Assembly (NCBI GenBank): GCA_021791335.1
Contig: JAJYWS010000005.1
Coordinates: 1-55,161 of the forward strand
DNA: 55,161 nt
Direction of reading: 5' to 3'
From: Thermoplasmata archaeon
GTDB lineage: Archaea; Thermoplasmatota; Thermoplasmata; Lutacidiplasmatales; UBA184
The notes beneath the pieces were generated by a model. It saw only the letters and a program-made list of their open reading frames with translations. It made no database searches and was not told the DNA's origin. Made by a program: the position numbers and the translations under genes. Positions 44,970 through 54,452 of this stretch are shown here, piece after piece; position 1 is the stretch's first letter; every line of letters starts with the position of its first letter.

Positions 44970-45938
44970 TCAGCCGATGCCGGCCCAGCGGAGCAGCAGC
45001 GTGGTGGCCGCCGCCAGGGTCGCCGCGGTCAGGGGGCCGGTCCCCCATTCGATCAGGATGTGGCGGACGACGCCCCAGCGGATCCTCGAGCGGTGCCGTC
45101 CGTACCCGACGCCCAGGAGCGCCCCCATGAGGGCCTGGTTGACCGACGTGTAGAAGCCGGTGAGGATGACCCCGAACAGGACGGTCGACTGGGCGAGCTG
45201 GGCGCTCGCCGCCATCGGCGGGTCCAGGTCGACCACCTCGTGGGACAACCGGTCGATCAGTCGATCCCCGAAGAAGAAGGCGCCGAGCCCCATGCCGAGG
45301 CCCCCGACCAGGGCCGCCGCGGTGGCGGTCGACACCCCGCCGAGGAGCAGCGCGCCGGTCGCATTGGAGACGTCGTTCGCCCCCAGCAGGAACGAGGTGA
45401 CCGCCCCCAGCCCGACCAGGGCCATGAGGGCGGGCGGGGAGCGCATCAGATGGAGCGCCCGGACCGGCCAGCGCCGGTGCAGGGTCCGGACGAGGAGGTA
45501 GGCGAGGAGCCCCGTGGCGATGGGGGTCAGCGCCCAGATGAGGACGAAGACGCCGACCGTGCCCCATTCGATCGAGGCCCCCGCGGCGAGACCGGTGCCG
45601 ACCGAGGCGAAGATGACGATCTGGCTCACCGAGATCGGGATCCGCAGCACGGTGAAGAGCGAGGTCAACAGGAAGGCGACCCCGATGATCGAGGCCGCCA
45701 GGGGGATCGGCAGGTGGCCGTGGAGCAGGAGGTCGTGCCCGACCGTCCGTTCCACCCGCTCCCCCGCGAGCGCGGCCCCCAGGAAGGTGAGCGGCGCCAT
45801 GATGAGCAGCAGCCGCCGGCGGGAGGCGGCCCCGGCCGCGTCGGCCATCCCCATGCAGGCGCCCGCGTAGTGGGCGCCGAGCGCGAACGCAAAGCCGAAG
45901 GCGAGGAATAGGAGGATCACGGCGCCCAGGGCGATCAT
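44970..45938 (-). CDS. PiT-family anion (phosphate/sulfate) permease
   Basis: IPISVSQ, GANDVSNA, TSVNQALMGALLGVG and IRW; the N-terminal signature is degenerate (GAHYAGACMG). Confidence 0.85.
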   Translation of the reverse strand: MIALGAVILLFLAFGFAFALGAHYAGACMGMADAAGAASRRRLLLIMAPLTFLGAALAGERVERTVGHDLLLHGHLPIPLAASIIGVAFLLTSLFTVLRIPISVSQIVIFASVGTGLAAGASIEWGTVGVFVLIWALTPIATGLLAYLLVRTLHRRWPVRALHLMRSPPALMALVGLGAVTSFLLGANDVSNATGALLLGGVSTATAAALVGGLGMGLGAFFFGDRLIDRLSHEVVDLDPPMAASAQLAQSTVLFGVILTGFYTSVNQALMGALLGVGYGRHRSRIRWGVVRHILIEWGTGPLTAATLAAATTLLLRWAGIG

Positions 45939-45977
45939 GGGTCCCGTCCCGTCTCGGGCATCCTCCGACCGCTCCGA

Positions 45978-46628
45978 TCAGGCGAGCGCCTTGGTGAGCG
46001 CCGAGATCGCGGGGTTGAGGTCCGGCTGTCCGAGGATGAAGATGGTGTCGGTGTAGCAGGACATCGCCTGCACGATGTTGACCCCGGCGGTCGAGAGCAC
46101 GCCCGCCAGGAAGGCGAGCAGCCCCGGGGTCTCCTCCACACTGTCCGGGCTCGTCACGGCGAGTTCGGCGAGCCCCCGGCGGGCGTCGATCACCTGGGCG
46201 TCCCGGAGCCTCCGGGTGACCCGGGGGACCGAATCCTCGTCGACGATGATCACGGTGCCCTGGGAGACCTGGATCACCCGGCACAGGGCGTTGTCGTCCA
46301 GCAGCTCCTCGACGACGTCCCCAAGCGCCTGGAGGACGTCGATCCCCTGGACGACCGTCACCGTCGCGACCTTGGTCCGGGTCTCGATCCGGCTCTTCCG
46401 GAGGACCCGGTGGATGCCCTCCTCCCGGATCCCGGGCCGTCGGGGGGAGGGGTAGCGTCGGCAGGCCGCGATCACCCCGGCGGTCGTCGTCCAGCCCAGA
46501 TCCTCGGCGATGCGGCGGGCCACCGCCGAGTGGTTGGCGATCCCCAGCCGGAGCGCCTCGGCCACCGTCGGATGGCCGTCCAGGTAGTCGCGGACCTGCC
46601 GGGCTACCGATCTCTGCGCGTCGGGCAT
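45978..46628 (-). CDS. Archaeal ACT-domain protein with N-terminal helical/HTH-like region; putative amino-acid-responsive regulator
   Basis: VRDYLDGHP...LRLGIANHSAVARRI at the N-terminus; C-terminal ACT domain TSPDSVEETPGLLAFL..GVNIVQAMSCYTDTIF. Confidence 0.8.
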   Translation of the reverse strand: MPDAQRSVARQVRDYLDGHPTVAEALRLGIANHSAVARRIAEDLGWTTTAGVIAACRRYPSPRRPGIREEGIHRVLRKSRIETRTKVATVTVVQGIDVLQALGDVVEELLDDNALCRVIQVSQGTVIIVDEDSVPRVTRRLRDAQVIDARRGLAELAVTSPDSVEETPGLLAFLAGVLSTAGVNIVQAMSCYTDTIFILGQPDLNPAISALTKALA

Positions 46629-46640
46629 GGTTGCCTAAAT

Positions 46641-46678
46641 TTGGACAACATAGGTCGATTTCGTCCTAAGATGGTCAA
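46641..46678. promoter_or_regulatory. Candidate operator: 38-bp imperfect palindrome built from four 10-bp phased units
   Basis: ttGGACaaca/taGGTCgatt/tcGTCCtaag/atGGTCaa; 26 of 38 positions match its own reverse complement; lies next to ACATATA (46684-46690). Confidence 0.55.
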
Positions 46679-46728
46679 ACCCTACATATAGGTGCCGGTC
46701 GATTCCTCCTTCGGCTTCGCTTCATCGC

Positions 46729-47988
46729 ATGACGGACAAGGTAGTGCTGGCGTACTCCGGCGGACTCGACACCTCGGTCGCGATTCCCTGGCTCAAGGAG
46801 CGGGGCCTCGACGTGGTGGCCGTCACGGTCGACGTCGGCCAGCCCGGGGACCTCCAGGCCCACCGGCAGAAAGCGCTGCGCATCGGGGCGAGCGACGCCG
46901 TGGTGGTCGATGCCCGGGCCGAGTATGCCGAGGGCTACATTGCCCGGGCGCTCCGGGCCAACGCGATGTACGAGGGGATCTACCCCCTGAGCACCGCCCT
47001 CGCCCGCCCGCTCATCGGCAAGACCCTGGTCGACGTCGCCCGGAAGGTCGGCGCGCGGAAGATCGCCCACGGCTGCACCGGCAAGGGCAACGACCAGGTC
47101 CGGTTCGATCTCTGCACCACCAGCCTGGCGCCCGAGCTCGAGGTCCTCGCTCCGGCCCGGGTCTGGAAGATGACCCGGGAGGAGGAGATCGCCTACGCCG
47201 AGGCCCGGGGGGTCCCCGTGCCGGTCGGCCGCCGCTCCCCCTACTCCACCGATGAGAACCTCTGGGGCCGCTCGGTCGAATGCGGGATCCTCGAGGACCC
47301 CGCGGTCGAGCCTCCCGAGGAAGCGTACGGCTGGACGCGGGCGCCCGAGCGGGCGCCCGACACGCCGGTGTACGTCACCCTCGGCTTCGACCGGGGCCTG
47401 CCGATCTCGATCGACGGGCAGGCGACCGAACTGCCCGCGCTGGTGCCGATGCTCAACCGGCTCGCCGGGGACCACGGTGTCGGCCGGATCGACCACATCG
47501 AGAGCCGGGTCGTCGGGATCAAGTCCCGGGAGGTCTACGAGTGCCCGGCCGCCCTCACGCTCATCCAGGCCCACCAGGCCCTCGAGGCCCTGGTCCTGCC
47601 GAGGGACCTGCTCGACTTCAAGCGGTCGGTCGAGCAGCGGTATGCCCAGCTCATCTACGACGGCCTCTGGTTCACCCCGCTTCGGGAAGCCCTCGACGCC
47701 TTCGTCGCCTCCACCCAGTCCCGGGTCACGGGCGAGGTCGTCCTCAAGCTGTACAAGGGCAGCTCCCGGGTGGTCGGCCGCCGGTCGGCCTACGCGCTCT
47801 ACCAGCACGAACTCGCCACCTACGCGGAGGGGGACCGGTTCCGCAACGAGATGGCGGAGGGGTTCATCTACGTCTGGGGGCTTCCGGCCCGGACCTGGGC
47901 CTCCCTCGAGGAGCGCACCCCCCCGGCCCCGGTGCCTGGGGGGCCCCTGGCCTCCCCGCCGGCGAACGTCCGAACGGCTGTGGATTGA
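46729..47988 (+). CDS. argG: Argininosuccinate synthase
   Basis: VLAYSGGLDTS, YPLSTALARP, HGCTGKGNDQVRF, YSTDENLWGRS and GIKSREVYECP. Confidence 0.97.
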   Translation: MTDKVVLAYSGGLDTSVAIPWLKERGLDVVAVTVDVGQPGDLQAHRQKALRIGASDAVVVDARAEYAEGYIARALRANAMYEGIYPLSTALARPLIGKTLVDVARKVGARKIAHGCTGKGNDQVRFDLCTTSLAPELEVLAPARVWKMTREEEIAYAEARGVPVPVGRRSPYSTDENLWGRSVECGILEDPAVEPPEEAYGWTRAPERAPDTPVYVTLGFDRGLPISIDGQATELPALVPMLNRLAGDHGVGRIDHIESRVVGIKSREVYECPAALTLIQAHQALEALVLPRDLLDFKRSVEQRYAQLIYDGLWFTPLREALDAFVASTQSRVTGEVVLKLYKGSSRVVGRRSAYALYQHELATYAEGDRFRNEMAEGFIYVWGLPARTWASLEERTPPAPVPGGPLASPPANVRTAVD

Positions 47989-49424
47989 TGGCGGCATCGG
48001 CGAGGATTCCCCAGATGGCCCCCCCTTCCCAGGCCCCCCGGTACGTCCGGACCCCGACCGCCGGCTTCCTCCGATCGCTGGACGTCGACCGGCCGCTCGC
48101 CCGGGTCGACCTGGCGGGCTCGATCGTCCACACCGAGATGCTCGAGCGGATCGGGCTCCTGACCGCCGCCGAACGGGCGACGCTCGTCGAGGGGCTGAGG
48201 ACGGTCGCCCGGGAGATCCGGGACGGACAGTTCCCCTGGCGCCCCGAACTGGAGGATGTCCACACGAACGTGGAGGTCCGGCTGGGCGAGCTGGTCGGAC
48301 CGGTCGCCGGCAAGCTGCACACGGGCCGGAGCCGCAACGATCAGGTGGCCCTCGATGAGCGGCTGTACCTGCGCGCGGCGATCGCCGAGGTGGCCCACCC
48401 CCTGCTCCGGCTGCAGGAGATCCTGCGCCGCCGGGCCCGGGCCGAGGCCAAGAGCCCGATGCCGGGCTACACCCACCTCCAACGGGCCCAGCCGATCACC
48501 CTCGGCCACCACCTCCTCGCCCATTACTTCAGGTTCGACCGGGACCTCGATCGGCTCTACGCGACCGCGGCCCGGGCCAACGTGAGCCCCCTCGGGGCCG
48601 GCGCGCTCGCCGGCTCGACGCTGCCCCTCGATCCGGCGTACGTCGCCGGGCGGCTGGGATTCGACCGGGCCTTCGAGAACTCCCTCGACGCGGTCAGCGA
48701 CCGCGATGCGTTCGTGGAGCTGCTCTTCGACCTGGCGCTCCTCGCGGTCCACCTGAGTGCCCTCGGCGAGGAGCTGGTCCTCTGGGCGTCCACGGAGTTT
48801 GGCTTCGTCCGGCCCACCGACGCCCTCGGCGGCGGCTCCAGCCTGATGCCGCAGAAGCAGAACCCGGACGTTCCCGAGCTGGTCCGGGGGAAGGCGGGGC
48901 GGATCGTCGGCCACCTGGTCGGGCTGCTCACCACCCTCAAGGGGCTCCCGCTCGCCTACGACCGGGACCTCCAGGAGGACAAGGCGCCGGTCCTCGACGC
49001 GGTACGGGAGGTCGCGACGACCGTCCAGGCCCTCGCGGAGGTCATGGACCGGATCGAATTCGATGCCGAGCGCATGGCCACGGCCGCCGACGATCCCCGG
49101 CTCCTCGCGACCGACCAGGCCGAACGGCTGGTCCGTAGCGGGGTACCGTTCCGGGAGGCCCACGAGTCGGTCGGTGCCCACCTCGCCCAAGGGGGGGACC
49201 CCCGGGAACTCCCCGCGGCGTACCGGGGGCGGGCCGGCACCGGTAGCCTCGACGCGCGCTCGGCCGCCCAGCGGCGCACCTCGCCCGGCGGCCCCGGCGG
49301 CGCCGCGCTGGAGGCCCAGCTTCAGTTGGCCGACGCCCGGTACGGGCTGCGGTCCGAATCCCTCTCCTCGATCGACCGGTCGAACGGTCGGATCGATGAG
49401 CTCTTGGAGGAACGAACGAAATGA
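47988..49424 (+). CDS. argH: Argininosuccinate lyase
   Basis: EDVHTNVE, KLHTGRSRNDQVA, MPGYTHLQRAQP, GSSLMPQKQNPD, YDRDLQEDK and VPFREAH. Start is ATG47988 (or 48015). Confidence 0.95.
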   Translation: MAASARIPQMAPPSQAPRYVRTPTAGFLRSLDVDRPLARVDLAGSIVHTEMLERIGLLTAAERATLVEGLRTVAREIRDGQFPWRPELEDVHTNVEVRLGELVGPVAGKLHTGRSRNDQVALDERLYLRAAIAEVAHPLLRLQEILRRRARAEAKSPMPGYTHLQRAQPITLGHHLLAHYFRFDRDLDRLYATAARANVSPLGAGALAGSTLPLDPAYVAGRLGFDRAFENSLDAVSDRDAFVELLFDLALLAVHLSALGEELVLWASTEFGFVRPTDALGGGSSLMPQKQNPDVPELVRGKAGRIVGHLVGLLTTLKGLPLAYDRDLQEDKAPVLDAVREVATTVQALAEVMDRIEFDAERMATAADDPRLLATDQAERLVRSGVPFREAHESVGAHLAQGGDPRELPAAYRGRAGTGSLDARSAAQRRTSPGGPGGAALEAQLQLADARYGLRSESLSSIDRSNGRIDELLEERTK

Positions 49425-49582
49425 CGCAGTGCCCGACCTGCGATGCGGGAGTGACGCCGAACGCCCTGATTGTGGGGGAGATCTTCGCCTGCCCCGACTG
49501 CGGTACCGAACTGGAGGTCCTGGGAACGGCCCCGTTCTCGGTCCAGTGCGCGCCGAAGGAAGCCGAGGACTGGGGTGAGTAA
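49421..49582 (+). CDS. lysW: Amino-group carrier protein LysW/ArgW (missing from the ORF track)
   Basis: Manual translation MTQCPTCDAGVTPNALIVGEIFACPDCGTELEVLGTAPFSVQCAPKEAEDWGE with two CxxC motifs and C-terminal EDWGE; GGAGG Shine-Dalgarno at 49406-49410. Confidence 0.95.
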   Translation: MTQCPTCDAGVTPNALIVGEIFACPDCGTELEVLGTAPFSVQCAPKEAEDWGE

Positions 49583-50426
49583 CGGGTTTCGGCTCGGACT
49601 CTTCTACACCATCGTACGGCCCGAGGAGAAGGCGCTCCTCGCCGCGGCGGAGCGCCGCTCCCTCGCCATGGTCCGGCTCTCGGACGACGAGATGGTGTTC
49701 GGGTTCGAGCGGGGTTCCCTCGATGTCGACGGCATCCTGAACCGCTCGGTCAGCCACAGCCGGGCGCTCTACGCCGCCCACTACTTCGAGCACTACGGTA
49801 TCCCCGCGATCAACCTCCCCGACGTGCTGGAGCGGGCCGGGGACAAGATCCTCGCCTCGCTGCGGCTGAGCGCCCGGGGCATCCCGACGCCCCGGACGGT
49901 GGTGGCGCTGACCGGCGAGTCGGCGCTCAAGGCGCTCGACGAGATCGGCTATCCGGCGGTCCTCAAGCCCCCCGTGGGCTCCTGGGGCCGGCTGATGGCC
50001 AAGGTGACCGACCGGGAGTCGGCCGAGCAGATCCTCGAGCACAAGGGGGCCCTGAGTTCCCCCGTCCATTCGATCTTCTACGTCCAGGAGTACATCCCCA
50101 AGCCCGACCGGGACCTCCGGGTCTTCGTCGTCGGGGACCGGGTCGTGGGGGCGATGCTGCGCCGATCCGAGTCGTGGCGGACCAACGCCGCGCGCGGCGC
50201 CTCGACCGAGCCGCTCCCGGTCACCCCGGAGCTGGCCGAACTCTCGCTCCGGGCCGCCGACGCGATGGGCGGGGGCGTCCTCGCGGTCGACCTCATGGAG
50301 TCGCCCCGGGGGCTGGTCGTCCACGAGGTCAATCCGACCCCCGAGTTCAAGGCGCTTCAGGCGGCGACCGGGGTCGACATCGCCGACACGATCCTCGACT
50401 ATGCCCTCCAGCGATGGCGCCGATGA
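49575..50426 (+). CDS. lysX: LysW-glutamate/alpha-aminoadipate ligase (ArgX/LysX, ATP-grasp)
   Basis: LKPPVGSWGRLMA, YVQEYIPKPDRDLR, WRTNAARG and HEVNPTPEFKAL; GTG49575 overlaps the end of lysW. Confidence 0.93.
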   Translation: MSNGFRLGLFYTIVRPEEKALLAAAERRSLAMVRLSDDEMVFGFERGSLDVDGILNRSVSHSRALYAAHYFEHYGIPAINLPDVLERAGDKILASLRLSARGIPTPRTVVALTGESALKALDEIGYPAVLKPPVGSWGRLMAKVTDRESAEQILEHKGALSSPVHSIFYVQEYIPKPDRDLRVFVVGDRVVGAMLRRSESWRTNAARGASTEPLPVTPELAELSLRAADAMGGGVLAVDLMESPRGLVVHEVNPTPEFKALQAATGVDIADTILDYALQRWRR

Positions 50427-51451
50427 AGGTCTCGATCGTCGGCGGCTCGGGCTACGTGGGCGGAGAGCTCCTGAGGCTCCTCCTGCGGCACCCCGAGGTG
50501 GAGATCGACCGGGTCGTCTCCCAGTCGATGGCGGGTAAGCCCGTCGGCCGGGCCCATCCGAACCTTCGGAAGGCCACGGCGCTCACCTTCAGTCCGCCGG
50601 ACGCCTGGCGGCCGGTGGACGTCACCTTCGTCGCGAGCGCCCACGGGGGCTCGATGGGCGTCACGCCGAAGCTGCTCGACGCCGGGGGGAAGGTCATCGA
50701 TCTGACCGCGGACTTCCGGCTCAAGGACCCGGCGCTCTATCCGGCCTACTACCATACGGACCACCCCCGGCCCGACCTCCTCGGCCAAGCGGTCTACGGC
50801 CTCCCCGAGCGGCATCGGTCGGAGATCCGCCGCGCGCAACTCATCGCCAACCCGGGCTGCATGGCCGCCGCCTCGATCCTGGCGCTGACGCCGCTGGTCG
50901 CGGCCGGCCTGGTGGATCCCCAGCGGCCGGTCGTGGTCGACGCAAAGAGCGGCTCGAGCGCGAGCGGCCGCGACGGAGGTCCGGCGGCGCTCCACCCCGA
51001 ACGGTCGGGCGTCATGCGGCTCTACGCCCCGGCGGGGCACCGGCACACCGCCGAGATCGAGCAGGAGACCGGGCTCCCGATCGCCCTCTCCTGCCACGGG
51101 GTCGAGGCGGTCCGCGGCGTCCTCGCGACGGTCCACGCGACCGCCCGGGCGCCGGTCGACGAGAAGGGACTCTGGCGGGCCTTCCGGGCCGTCTACGCGG
51201 AGGAGCCGTTCGTCCGGATCGTCCACGATGCGGAAGGCCTCTACCGGGAACCGGAGCCGAAGCTCCTCGCCGGCACCAACTACTGCGACGTCGGATTCGC
51301 GACCGACCCGCACGCGGGCCGGATCGTCGCCGTCGGGGCCCTCGACAACCTCATGAAGGGCGCGGCGGGCAACGCGGTCCAATGCCTCAACATCCTCGGC
51401 GGCTGGCGAGAGACGACCGGCCTCGATTTCCTCGGGCTCCACCCGGTCTGA
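50423..51451 (+). CDS. lysY: [LysW]-glutamyl/aminoadipyl-phosphate reductase (ArgC/LysY)
   Basis: GGSGYVGGELLRLL, DLTADFRL, YGLPE, ANPGC, HRHTAEI and DNLMKGAAG. Confidence 0.95.
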   Translation: MKVSIVGGSGYVGGELLRLLLRHPEVEIDRVVSQSMAGKPVGRAHPNLRKATALTFSPPDAWRPVDVTFVASAHGGSMGVTPKLLDAGGKVIDLTADFRLKDPALYPAYYHTDHPRPDLLGQAVYGLPERHRSEIRRAQLIANPGCMAAASILALTPLVAAGLVDPQRPVVVDAKSGSSASGRDGGPAALHPERSGVMRLYAPAGHRHTAEIEQETGLPIALSCHGVEAVRGVLATVHATARAPVDEKGLWRAFRAVYAEEPFVRIVHDAEGLYREPEPKLLAGTNYCDVGFATDPHAGRIVAVGALDNLMKGAAGNAVQCLNILGGWRETTGLDFLGLHPV

Positions 51452-51464
51452 GGCGCATGGACCG

Positions 51465-52259
51465 ATGACGCTGGTGGTCAAGATCGGTGGGGCGGCGGGC
51501 AACGCCGTCGCCCCGGTGCTCGCGGACCTCGCGGGCCGTTCGGGGGCCGTCCTGGTCCACGGAGGCTCGGAGGAGGTCGACCGGCTGGGGGAGGCGCTCG
51601 GGGTGCCCTCGAAGTACTACACCTCCCCGAGCGGGGCGACCTCCCGCTACACCGACCCGGCCCGCCGGGAGGTGGTCCTGCTGGCCCTGACGGGGCGGGT
51701 GAACCCGCGCATCGTCGCCGAGCTCCACCGGCTCGGGGCCCGGCCCGTGGGGCTGAGCGGTCTCGACGGGCCGCTCCTTATGGGTCCCCGGAAGGAAGGC
51801 GCCCGATCGGTGGTCGACGGCAAGATCCTGCGGGTGAAGGACGACTGGTCCGGTACCGTCGCCCGGGTCGACGACCGTCTCCTCCGGCTCCTCCTCGACC
51901 ACGGCTACACCCCGGTGGTCTCGCCCCCGGCGATCACCCCCGAGGGCGAGGTGATCAACGTCGACAGCGACCGGGCCGCGGCGGCGGTCGCGGGCGCGCT
52001 CGGGGCCGAGGCGCTGCTCCTCCTCACCAACGTTCCCGGTCTGCTCCGGGACGTCGCGGACCCTTCGAGCCGGGTCGCCCGGATCCCGAAGGCCGAGATC
52101 GAGGGGTACCTTCCGGTCGCCGGCGGACGGATGCGCAAGAAGCTCGTGGCCGCCCAGGAAGCCCTCGCCAAGGGGGTGGGCCGGGTCGTGATCGCCTCCT
52201 CGGCCGTCGACCGGCCGATCGCCCGCGCGCTCGACGGCGAGGGGACGGTGATCGAGTGA
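51465..52259 (+). CDS. lysZ: [LysW]-glutamate/aminoadipate kinase (ArgB/LysZ)
   Basis: VVKIGG, VHGGS, SPSGATSRYTD, GLSGLDG, NVDSDRAA and GGRMRKK. Confidence 0.95.
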   Translation: MTLVVKIGGAAGNAVAPVLADLAGRSGAVLVHGGSEEVDRLGEALGVPSKYYTSPSGATSRYTDPARREVVLLALTGRVNPRIVAELHRLGARPVGLSGLDGPLLMGPRKEGARSVVDGKILRVKDDWSGTVARVDDRLLRLLLDHGYTPVVSPPAITPEGEVINVDSDRAAAAVAGALGAEALLLLTNVPGLLRDVADPSSRVARIPKAEIEGYLPVAGGRMRKKLVAAQEALAKGVGRVVIASSAVDRPIARALDGEGTVIE

Positions 52260-53407
52260 GCGACCGGAGCCCGGGCGAGTTCGCCGGCGCCCCCCGTCAC
52301 GCCCTCGAGATCGTCCGGGGCGAGGGCGCCCACCTCTGGGATTCCGCCGGACGCCGATACCTCGACCTGGGGGCCTCCCACGGGACCGCGAACGTGGGTC
52401 ACGCCAACCCGGAGGTGGTCGCGGCGCTCGCCCGGCAGGCCCGCGAGCTGCTCCAACTCGCCGGGTCGTTTGCCTCCCCGGTCCGGACCGAGTTCATCCG
52501 CGCCCTGACGGCGACCTTGCCGGCGCCCCTCGACCGGGTCTTCCTCTCGAACTCCGGCACCGAGTCGGTGGAGGCGGCGATCAAGTTCGCCCGGTCCGCC
52601 ACGGGCCGGCCGCGGATCGTCGCCGCGATGCGGGGGTTCCACGGCCGCACCCTGGGCGCGCTCAGCGCCACCTGGCGGCCGGAGTTCCGGGCGCCGTTCG
52701 AGCCGCTGGTCCCCGAATTCGCCCACGTCCCGTTCAACGACGCGGCCGCGCTGGCGGCCGCGGTCGACGACCGGACCGCGGCCGTGCTGCTCGAACCGGT
52801 CCAGGGCGAAGGCGGGGTCCACCCGGCCGCCGAGGGGTACCTGCGGGACGCCCGGGCCATCGCCTCGGCCCATGGGGCGCTCCTCATCCTGGACGAGGTC
52901 CAGACCGGCCTCGGCCGGACCGGACGGTTCTGGGCGCTCGAGCGCTCGGGGATCGTGCCCGACATCGTGACCGCCGCGAAGTCGCTCGCCGGCGGGGTGC
53001 CGATCGGGGCGACGGTCACGACCGGGGCGGTCGAGTCGGCGTTCCGGGGGAGCCACCAGTCGACCTTCGGCGGGAACCCTTTGGCCTGCGCGGCGGGGAT
53101 CGCCGCTCTGGAGTACGCCCGGCGGGAACGGCTGGCCGAACGGGCCGAGCGGCTCGGCGAGATCGCCCGCCTCCGGCTCGCGGGGCTTCCCGAGTCGGTC
53201 GTCCGGGAGGTCCGGGGGGTCGGCCTCATGATCGGGATTGAGCTCCGGGGCCGGGCCGCCCCCCACCTGGAAGCGCTGCGGTCGCAGGGCTACCTCGCCA
53301 TTTCGGGAGGCGCCAACGTGATCCGGCTCTTGCCGCCGCTCGTCATCTCCGAGGAGGATTGGGTCGGCGCGCTCGGGGCCCTCCGGGAGATCCTGGGCCG
53401 TGGATGA
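52256..53407 (+). CDS. lysJ: [LysW]-semialdehyde aminotransferase (ArgD/LysJ)
   Basis: NSGTESVEAAIK, FHGRTLG, EPVQGEGG, DEVQTGLGRTG, AKSLAGG and STFGGNPLA. Confidence 0.95.
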   Translation: MSDRSPGEFAGAPRHALEIVRGEGAHLWDSAGRRYLDLGASHGTANVGHANPEVVAALARQARELLQLAGSFASPVRTEFIRALTATLPAPLDRVFLSNSGTESVEAAIKFARSATGRPRIVAAMRGFHGRTLGALSATWRPEFRAPFEPLVPEFAHVPFNDAAALAAAVDDRTAAVLLEPVQGEGGVHPAAEGYLRDARAIASAHGALLILDEVQTGLGRTGRFWALERSGIVPDIVTAAKSLAGGVPIGATVTTGAVESAFRGSHQSTFGGNPLACAAGIAALEYARRERLAERAERLGEIARLRLAGLPESVVREVRGVGLMIGIELRGRAAPHLEALRSQGYLAISGGANVIRLLPPLVISEEDWVGALGALREILGRG

Positions 53408-54452
53408 GTCGGAGATCCTCCTCGAGCTCCTGAGCGCCTACAGCCCCTCCGGGGCGGAATCGGCCGGGGTCGAGGCGTTTGTCGCCGTCGCCGAGCGGCT
53501 CGGATACGCCGTGCGGATCGACCCGGTCGGCAACGGGATCGCCACCCTCGGGACCGGCGATCCCGAGATCCTCTTCCTCGGGCACATCGACACCGTGGCG
53601 GGGGAGCTTGCGGTTCGGCTCGACAACGGGCGGATCCATGGGCGGGGGGCCTGCGATGCCAAGGGTCCGCTCGCGGCCGCCCTGGCGGCCGGGGCCGGCG
53701 GGGCCTCGGCCGGACGCTGGACGGTGGTGGCGGCCGTGGGCGAGGAGACCGACAGCCGCGGCGCCCGCTACCTCGCCGGCCAACCGGCCCCCGATGCGGT
53801 CATCGCCGGGGAGCCCAACCGCTGGGACGGGGTCGCGATCGGGTACAAGGGGATGCTCCATCGGGTGGGCCGCATCCCCGCGCCCCGACGCCACGGCTCG
53901 GCCCCTGATCCCACCGCCACCGAACGGGCGATCGACTACCTGCGGCAGTTGGAGGCCGCGATCGGTCCCCGGAGCGCCACGGGATTCAGGAACCTGACTT
54001 GGAAGCTGCTGGGGATCCGCCCGGAGCCGGGGACGGATCTCGACACGGTCCGGCTCGACCTGGACCTCCGGCTGCCCCCGGGCGTCTCGGTCGAATCGGT
54101 CGAGGCCCGGCTGCCCCCCCTACCGGAGGGGGGCCGCTGGGAGCCCGACATCGGGATCGAAGCGTGGGAGACCCCGAGGACGACCGCGGTCGTCCGGGCC
54201 CTCGAGCAGGGGATCCGGAGCGTCGGCGGGGTCCCGACCCTCTGGCGGAAGGGCGGGACCTCCGATGTGAACCTGGTCGCGCCCCGCTGGGGGGTTCCGG
54301 CGGCGGTCTACGGGCCCGGCGACCCGCACCTGGACCACACCGCGGAGGAGTCGGTCGACCGGGACGAACTGCGCCGATCGGTGGCCGTGCTCCGAGTGGC
54401 CCGGCCGAAGCTCGCCGCGGAGCTGGCCGCGGCCCGACCTCACTCCTCGTAG
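53400..54452 (+). CDS. lysK: [LysW]-ornithine/lysine hydrolase (ArgE/LysK, M20)
   Basis: YSPSG, LGHIDTV, GRGACDAKGP, GEETDSRGA, GEP, GTSDVN and YGPGDPHLDHT. Confidence 0.93.
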   Translation: MDESEILLELLSAYSPSGAESAGVEAFVAVAERLGYAVRIDPVGNGIATLGTGDPEILFLGHIDTVAGELAVRLDNGRIHGRGACDAKGPLAAALAAGAGGASAGRWTVVAAVGEETDSRGARYLAGQPAPDAVIAGEPNRWDGVAIGYKGMLHRVGRIPAPRRHGSAPDPTATERAIDYLRQLEAAIGPRSATGFRNLTWKLLGIRPEPGTDLDTVRLDLDLRLPPGVSVESVEARLPPLPEGGRWEPDIGIEAWETPRTTAVVRALEQGIRSVGGVPTLWRKGGTSDVNLVAPRWGVPAAVYGPGDPHLDHTAEESVDRDELRRSVAVLRVARPKLAAELAAARPHSS

